DNA from: Candidatus Cloacimonadales bacterium
GTDB lineage: Bacteria > Cloacimonadota > Cloacimonadia > Cloacimonadales > JAFGVF01
NCBI GenBank assembly: GCA_963663475.2
Contig: CAXXJV010000002.1
Location: 339,211-403,210 of the forward strand
Length of the DNA: 64,000 bases
Reading direction: 5' to 3'
Positions 58,128-64,000 of this stretch are shown here, piece by piece. The translations under genes were made by a program, and so were the position numbers. Within the stretch, counting starts at the first letter, position 1. Each line of letters starts with the position of its first letter. Under the pieces are notes generated by a model. The model made no database searches. It was not told where the DNA came from and worked only from the letters and a program-made list of their open reading frames with translations.

Positions 58128-61100
58128 CTATTTAATAAGCAGCATTTTTTCAGTATGAGAATAGCTTCCTGTTTTCATTTTATAGAAGTACATTCCACTA
58201 GCAACAGGTCTTCCTTGAGAGTCTCTACCCTTCCAGACCAGACTATGAGTTCCTTGATTTAGGATATCATTAACAAGACTTTTAACTTTCTGTCCTTTGA
58301 TATTATAGATATCAATAGAGACATGGTCTTGCTTTGCAAGCGAGAAGCTAATACTAGTTTCAGGGTTGAAAGGATTAGGATAGTTTTTAAATAAACCAGT
58401 AGTTAATGGAGTAATATCGTTAATATCAGTTAACATAATTTCAGCAGTGTTACTTGGGGCAGATTCTACGTTATCGTAGATAGCAGTTAAGTAATATTCA
58501 AAAGCTTCAGGTCTGTCAAAAGTATCCGTAAAAGTTCTAATTTCAGGAGTATCAGTTTCAGAAATTAGGTTATCATTTCTGTAAATTTTATAACCAGAGA
58601 CCAGTGGTAGTTGATTTTGTCTGAAGTTAGAAGCAGGACGGTTATTGCCAATTTTAACATCATCGATAAACCAAATATTCCATAAGCCAGTGTTAGCAGT
58701 ATCATAAGCATTCCAAGCTATATCAACATTTTGATTTAGGTATGAAGATAAATCAACTTGGTATGGAGTATCCCATTCATTAAAAATAGGATTATTGTCA
58801 TTGTCATATCCATAAGGTTCCATCTCAGAAAGGTCTAAGAGGGTAGTCCAAGTTTGGCCATTATCTTGTGAAATTTTCACGGTATAGTGGTCGCCATTCT
58901 GAGAACCTTGCATAGCAAAACTCCAGAATTCTAGATTACCAGTAACCAGAACATCTTGTAAGATTAGCCATTCATCTTGGTGGTTAGTTGTCCAAACAAT
59001 ACCAGCAGAGAAGTCTCCTGAATGAGAGCCAACATTTGAACCTTGGGGAGGTCCTTGAATCCAAGAGTAGTTAGTATTTGTTTGCTGAAGAGTCCAACCA
59101 GCAGGAGGGAATTCATACCCTTCGAAATCTTCACTATCCATACCAGAACCACTTGGAGCTTCCCAGGTAAGGAGTGCAGCTGAATCATTGTTGATAGCTT
59201 CGAGAGATAAGTTTCTTGGAGGAGCAAGTTCATAAGAAAGGCCACGGACAGGTATTTGGCGGTCAACTCTATATGAGTTATCAGAAATACTTAAGAAAGC
59301 TTCTTTTAATCTATCTTGAGTAGGTTGGAAAAATACCATAACTTGAATATCGTTATTTGGACTAATAGTTGCTGGAAGCATAGGAGCTTCAAGGGAGAAG
59401 TGGCTAGCATCTTGTCCTGCAAGTTGGATTTGACTGATAAGTAGGTCATCGTCTCCAATATTAGAGATAGTAGCTATGATAGGTTCAGAGATAGCCCCGT
59501 TCATGACATAGCCGAAGTCAAAGACATCAAGGTCGATATCAAAAACAGGGTTGGCAAGTCTATCAACAATATGAATATCATCAAGAGATGAACCATAAGC
59601 TTCAGCAGTATTGTCAGTTACATTTCTCCAGCGAATATAGATCATTTGGCCAGCATATTCTTGAAGGTCAACAATCTGTTCAGAATAGTTAGTCATAGGT
59701 TCATTAGCAGCGAGATAGGCTTTAGTTTCCCAAGTATCTCCGCCATCAAGTGAGATTTCACAGAAGGTAGTATCATGTTGAGCGATACGATTTCGGAGAA
59801 ATTCCATGTCATTATCAATCCATTTAAACTGCAACTGTTTAGCTTGGTTTTCAGGAAGGAATATAGCCGGAGAACGGAGGATAGCTTGGGCATAATGGAG
59901 ATAACTAATAGAAGCAGTATGACTTCCTTCAGCAGAAATATTAGCTCCTTGCAGGATAGTCCATTGGTCATTAATATTTTTCCATCCAAGAGGGAAATAT
60001 CCATCTTCAAAGCCATAAGACCAAGGGAAATCTGCAATAGAGGTATTAATCACTTGGGCAGATAATTCAACAGTAAGGTCATTTTCAGGAAGATTATCGA
60101 CAATTGTTAATTGTGCAGATTTGTTTCCAGCAGTTTGAGAGTAATTTTGGATATAAACATAAAATCTTCTTCCCATACCAAGAGTAAAAGGAAGTTCATT
60201 TGAGCTAGAGAAAATAAAGTCATCTGGGTTAGCTCCAGCGAGTTGGATGTCAGAAATTTCAAGACCAGCAGCACCAGTGTTAAGAATTTCCACAAATTGG
60301 GAATCGGTAGCTTCTAAAGAAGAAACTTGACCGAAGTCAATAGCATCAGTAGAATAACTAATTTCTGGGGTTTGAGGGGCTGTTCGGATAGCAAAGTTAT
60401 CAATATAGACATTAGCAAACTGGTTAATTACAGTTGATTCTCCATAAAATGCAACTTGAATAATGCCGCTATAGGCAGTTAAAGGTAAGTTTATATGCAT
60501 TCCAACAGGTGATATGAAGAGATTAGAGTCAAATGTTATTAAAACATTATTCTCATTCCAGCCACTTCCATCATTAACAAGTAAGTGGACTTTATCATCT
60601 TCACTTAAAGCTACAGGACTTTGTCCATACCAATCAGACATTGAAATATCGAATTCAAGTTGGTATTGATTAGCGGTAGTACCAAGATCAATAGGAGGAG
60701 TAATCATCCAATCAGCTAAGTCTTCGCCAAAGGTAGCGATTCTGGCAGAACCTTCAGTACCCATATTACTAAAACCATCAGCTATCCATTGGCTTTCTTC
60801 AAAGACTAATTGGGTATTTTCAGAAAGAAGTCCTGTTGCTCCATACCAATCTTGAGGAAGCATAGTAGAGAAATCTTCAAAGAAGGGAGCTTGGATAGTT
60901 ACATCTTCAGCATATCCTTGTAGAGGAAGGCTATCATTGTTCCCACTATTTGTATAGAAGACTAAATCTGCAATACTTACTCCTTGAGATGAAGGACTGT
61001 AGGTAAGAGTGAAGTTTTGTTCTTGAAGTTGAGTAAGAGTAATAGGGAAGCTAATTTCATCTTCTAGCAAGGAGCATGTGAAGTTTTCAGCTTGAGGGCC

Positions 61101-62513
61101 AAGAATAGCAAGGCTGTCTATAACAAGGTCTTCTTCTCCAATGTTGGTTATAGAAGCTGTTTGTGAAATGTTTTCATAAACGTAGATTTGTCCAAAGTCA
61201 ATACTTTCTGGATTAATTTCAGCTTGGGGAGATTGGCCGAAATATCTAAGAGGACCACGAATATTATCAAGATAGCAATATCCATAGTTGGTTGGTGAAG
61301 TTTCGCCAGTAATACCTAAGTAATAAATACCTACGATAGAACTTAAATCAATGGTATATTGTTGGTAATCTTCAGTTAATTGAATAGATTCTAGGATGGT
61401 AAAATCACTTCCATTTTCAGAGTATTCAATATGGATATAATCTAGAGAAGAGTTGTCCCAATTCTTGGCAACAAAGCTAAGAGAATCACCATCCATAATG
61501 TCTAATAAAGGTGTTATTAAGCGTGATTTAGAAGTGAGGTAATTCCAGTTGGCATCGGTTGCTCTAGCTAAATAACCTGAACCATTTCCTTCATAAGTAC
61601 CCCATTGAGTAACGGTCCAGTCTAAGCCTGCAATTGATTCAAGTTCCCAATATTGAGCAGGGAATTCTTCACTTTCGAAATCTTCAACTAAGGAATCGAG
61701 ACTCATAACAATTATTTGGACAGATTGTTCATTGTTAGTTGGGTCGTCATCTGTAGATAAGGAAACAGAGAGGTTTTCAAGGTCCATAAAGGCAGGAGTT
61801 TCGTGAACTACAATGAGTTCTTGTCCTGGATTGACTGTTATTTCTTGGGTGTGAATTTCTTGGTTTTGGGCAAAAAAGCTTAGGTTTGCTGTATGTGTTT
61901 GACTTCCGCAATTTTCGATATAGGCAGTAAGTTCAACATTTTCAATACTTGTGTATGTTTCTCTGTCAGAATCTAGTCTTACAAGACTTAAATCATGAGT
62001 TTCAGGAGAGCCTAATTTTATATCATCAAGCAACATTTTAAGCATGTTTGTGGAAGTACACTGAATACCAATATAGACGGATTGTCCAGTATATAAAGCT
62101 AAGTTGTAGGAAAATTCAGTGTACTCATCACCAACACTCTCTGCTGGTCCAAGATAGGTGTCAAAATCAGCAGGAGCAGTTCCTGTAGTAGAAATTCTGA
62201 CAACGAAATTAGCAGCAGCATCACTTCCTGAAGCAGCCCAAAATTTGAAGACTTCCCCAGGTTGAATTGTTACTTGTGGTGTAATTATCCAATCATCATT
62301 GCCCTCTGAAGAGTTGGAAAATACTCTAGCATTCTGAATTCCAAAATGAGCAGCATTATTTTGCTCAATAGTCCATTCGAAAGCATCACCATCATTATTT
62401 ATGACAGTAAATCCATCTGTAAATGAATGGCCTTCGAAACTTTCGTTGATTCTCCATTCAGCACTAAGTAGGCTGATACATAATAGTAATAAGAGAAAGG
62501 TAAATCTTTTCAT
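58128..62513 (-). CDS. Large secreted surface protein with cleaved-adhesin-like and Ig-like domains and a FlgD/T9SS-type tail
   Basis: Signal peptide; NDDWIITP/DEWLI adhesin motifs; repeated 'IDFG...I.N.G...L.I' Ig domains; NYPNPFNPETSI. Confidence 0.82.
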   Translation of the reverse strand: MKRFTFLLLLLCISLLSAEWRINESFEGHSFTDGFTVINNDGDAFEWTIEQNNAAHFGIQNARVFSNSSEGNDDWIITPQVTIQPGEVFKFWAASGSDAAANFVVRISTTGTAPADFDTYLGPAESVGDEYTEFSYNLALYTGQSVYIGIQCTSTNMLKMLLDDIKLGSPETHDLSLVRLDSDRETYTSIENVELTAYIENCGSQTHTANLSFFAQNQEIHTQEITVNPGQELIVVHETPAFMDLENLSVSLSTDDDPTNNEQSVQIIVMSLDSLVEDFESEEFPAQYWELESIAGLDWTVTQWGTYEGNGSGYLARATDANWNYLTSKSRLITPLLDIMDGDSLSFVAKNWDNSSLDYIHIEYSENGSDFTILESIQLTEDYQQYTIDLSSIVGIYYLGITGETSPTNYGYCYLDNIRGPLRYFGQSPQAEINPESIDFGQIYVYENISQTASITNIGEEDLVIDSLAILGPQAENFTCSLLEDEISFPITLTQLQEQNFTLTYSPSSQGVSIADLVFYTNSGNNDSLPLQGYAEDVTIQAPFFEDFSTMLPQDWYGATGLLSENTQLVFEESQWIADGFSNMGTEGSARIATFGEDLADWMITPPIDLGTTANQYQLEFDISMSDWYGQSPVALSEDDKVHLLVNDGSGWNENNVLITFDSNLFISPVGMHINLPLTAYSGIIQVAFYGESTVINQFANVYIDNFAIRTAPQTPEISYSTDAIDFGQVSSLEATDSQFVEILNTGAAGLEISDIQLAGANPDDFIFSSSNELPFTLGMGRRFYVYIQNYSQTAGNKSAQLTIVDNLPENDLTVELSAQVINTSIADFPWSYGFEDGYFPLGWKNINDQWTILQGANISAEGSHTASISYLHYAQAILRSPAIFLPENQAKQLQFKWIDNDMEFLRNRIAQHDTTFCEISLDGGDTWETKAYLAANEPMTNYSEQIVDLQEYAGQMIYIRWRNVTDNTAEAYGSSLDDIHIVDRLANPVFDIDLDVFDFGYVMNGAISEPIIATISNIGDDDLLISQIQLAGQDASHFSLEAPMLPATISPNNDIQVMVFFQPTQDRLKEAFLSISDNSYRVDRQIPVRGLSYELAPPRNLSLEAINNDSAALLTWEAPSGSGMDSEDFEGYEFPPAGWTLQQTNTNYSWIQGPPQGSNVGSHSGDFSAGIVWTTNHQDEWLILQDVLVTGNLEFWSFAMQGSQNGDHYTVKISQDNGQTWTTLLDLSEMEPYGYDNDNNPIFNEWDTPYQVDLSSYLNQNVDIAWNAYDTANTGLWNIWFIDDVKIGNNRPASNFRQNQLPLVSGYKIYRNDNLISETDTPEIRTFTDTFDRPEAFEYYLTAIYDNVESAPSNTAEIMLTDINDITPLTTGLFKNYPNPFNPETSISFSLAKQDHVSIDIYNIKGQKVKSLVNDILNQGTHSLVWKGRDSQGRPVASGMYFYKMKTGSYSHTEKMLLIK

Positions 62514-62517
62514 CTTT

Positions 62518-63339
62518 TTACTCCTTTTTATTATCTTTATTTGTTAAAAATTCTGGGCTTAGACCCTGTTCCCAAAAAAAGTCAAATATACTAATAAACA
62601 TATTTGCTAAATCTTTATGTTCAATAATCATTGTTGTGAAAGTAGAAGTACTTGGTAATTTATCCAATAACATTAGCAGGACAGAAGACCTGTCAAAGAC
62701 TGCCATTTTTAGAGGGAGGGTTGGAACTATCATTATCTTCTCTCCAGCCCTATGGAAGGCTAACATGGCTTCATAAAAGGAAGGATCGGCTGAATCAGAC
62801 ATTTCATAAATGGACCTCACTTCAATACTTTTAGCCATCAATTCTAGTCCACTCTTATTATCCTCAATTCTTGAAATATAAGGAGACTTATTAAAGAAAA
62901 GAACTTCCTCTTTAGCATTCTCCATCAAAGAAATAATCTTACTATTAATAGCTCGCTTATCTCTCAAAACTTGAATATAATCTAAAGGACCATTAGTGTT
63001 TTCTCTCTTACCATAGAATTCATGCAGTTGCTGGGATAACTTGGTCATCTGCTTATTCTTTTTTATGAACTCTTCTTCTTGTTGCTTCTTTAATATGGCA
63101 AAACCCTGCTCAGGAGATACTGCAGTGTATTTCTTTACTCTACCCAGAATCTCAGTAACAAAAGACTTCTCACATAAATGCTTCAAAATCTCGTAAACTT
63201 TAGAGCGAGGAACTCCTGAGGCATTAGCAATTTCTGCAGCTGTAAAGGTGTCTCTTTTTAAAAGATTAACATATACTTTAGCTTCGTACTCTGTTAAACC
63301 TATGTCCGTCATGTCTTTAATTAGTTGGTTTATTTTCAT
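62518..63339 (-). CDS. TrmB-family transcriptional regulator
   Basis: GLTEYEAKVY...SGVPRSKVYEIL wHTH; PLKMAVFD PLD-like effector domain. Confidence 0.88.
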   Translation of the reverse strand: MKINQLIKDMTDIGLTEYEAKVYVNLLKRDTFTAAEIANASGVPRSKVYEILKHLCEKSFVTEILGRVKKYTAVSPEQGFAILKKQQEEEFIKKNKQMTKLSQQLHEFYGKRENTNGPLDYIQVLRDKRAINSKIISLMENAKEEVLFFNKSPYISRIEDNKSGLELMAKSIEVRSIYEMSDSADPSFYEAMLAFHRAGEKIMIVPTLPLKMAVFDRSSVLLMLLDKLPSTSTFTTMIIEHKDLANMFISIFDFFWEQGLSPEFLTNKDNKKE

Positions 63340-63445
63340 TATTTCACCTGTCACTCTTTCTAGTGGTAACAAAAGCAAGGTAGTGAAATAATGTCAAGTG
63401 ATTTCTAAAAAATCTTGACTTTTTATCCTAGTAAGAACTCAATTA

Positions 63446-63540
63446 TCCCAAATGGTACAATAGAGCTTTAGAGAAGAGTGCAAGCTATTTTGCTAGAATA
63501 ATCTGCACTCTTCACTAAAGTTCTACTACACTATCTGGGT
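63446..63540. mobile_element. Short MITE copy (95 bp, ~37-bp TIRs)
   Basis: tcccaaatggtacaatagagctttagagaagagtgca / tgcactcttcactaaagttctactacactatctgggt. Confidence 0.78.
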
Positions 63541-63773
63541 TAAAACTGATAATGAATATGTTGACTATATTAATAATTTGTTTTCAAAATTTGTTGTAGG
63601 TTTTAATTATTCAAAAATCAAGGTTAATCTAGAGCAAGTTACAGATTATCTAATTCCAGCTGATAGGTTTGAATATAAAAAATCTTATTGGCTTCACTTA
63701 AGGTTAAACTATGTAAATAACGTGATTTAGTTTTTTGCAAGGATATTGGAAATAATAAAATGCTTAAGGAGAA

Positions 63774-63850
63774 TGGTGTCCCCGATGCGATTTGAACGCA
63801 CGGCCTTTTGTTCCGGAGACAAACACTCTATCCAGCTGAGCTACGGGGAC
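63774..63850 (-). tRNA. tRNA-Arg(CCG)
   Basis: GTCCCCG TAGCTCAGCTGGATAGAG TGTTTGT-CTCCGGA-ACAAA ... GTTCAAATC ... CGGGGAC ACCA; cloverleaf with encoded CCA. Confidence 0.96.
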
Positions 63851-64000
63851 ACACACTGCTAGATATTGATGTTACTAATATTTGTCAAGATTTTTAGTCT
63901 AATTATCAAAAATAGTTCAACTTCAGTATTGGTGATAAAAAGAATGATAAAAAATATAAATTGACAGCTTTAGATTTTCAATGTAGTGTGGTTTAGCGAA

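Noticed and set aside
1418-62834. Short antisense or nested ORFs in the track (e.g. 1418, 3427, 10316, 21019, 32209, 58964, 59693)
   Set aside because: They are shadows of well-supported genes on the other strand or frame and show no recognisable motifs.
38794-63850. Prophage or ICE integrated at tRNA-Arg
   Set aside because: No integrase, structural or conjugation genes, and I did not see a duplicate of the tRNA 3' end.

Overview
AT-rich bacterial chromosome segment. Secreted proteins ending in FlgD-Ig/T9SS-like 'YPNPFNP' tails suggest Candidatus Cloacimonadota (inference). The first ~38.6 kb is mostly housekeeping: alr, tldD/pmbA, a TetR-porin-MFS-ABC efflux operon, pdp, rpmF-plsX-fabH-fabD-fabG-acpP-fabF-rnc, radical SAM, envelope genes, ispG, a BamA-like gene, dpaL and a large secreted nuclease. 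From 38.8 to 57.8 kb lies an accessory island of duplicated modules. These include an unknown family in four copies, MORN-repeat proteins, M28-like peptidases, a degenerate MetK-like protein, a SLOG protein, an orphan HsdS/HsdM pair with an altered catalytic motif, and a DUF2828 (TROVE/Ro60-like + vWA) gene. The main finding is the ~1.05 kb 5' region of that DUF2828 gene. It is an array of 5-6 structured RNA-like units with a conserved bulged helix, compensatory base changes and variable closing stems, behind a promoter with an rRNA-leader-like boxB/boxA/boxC arrangement. A decayed second copy lies at 41.5-41.9 kb. This is a candidate Ro60/Y-RNA-like ribonucleoprotein system. The window also has a MITE family, several REP-like palindrome families, an adhesin/TrmB pair and tRNA-Arg(CCG). 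All family calls come from motif recognition, not database searches.
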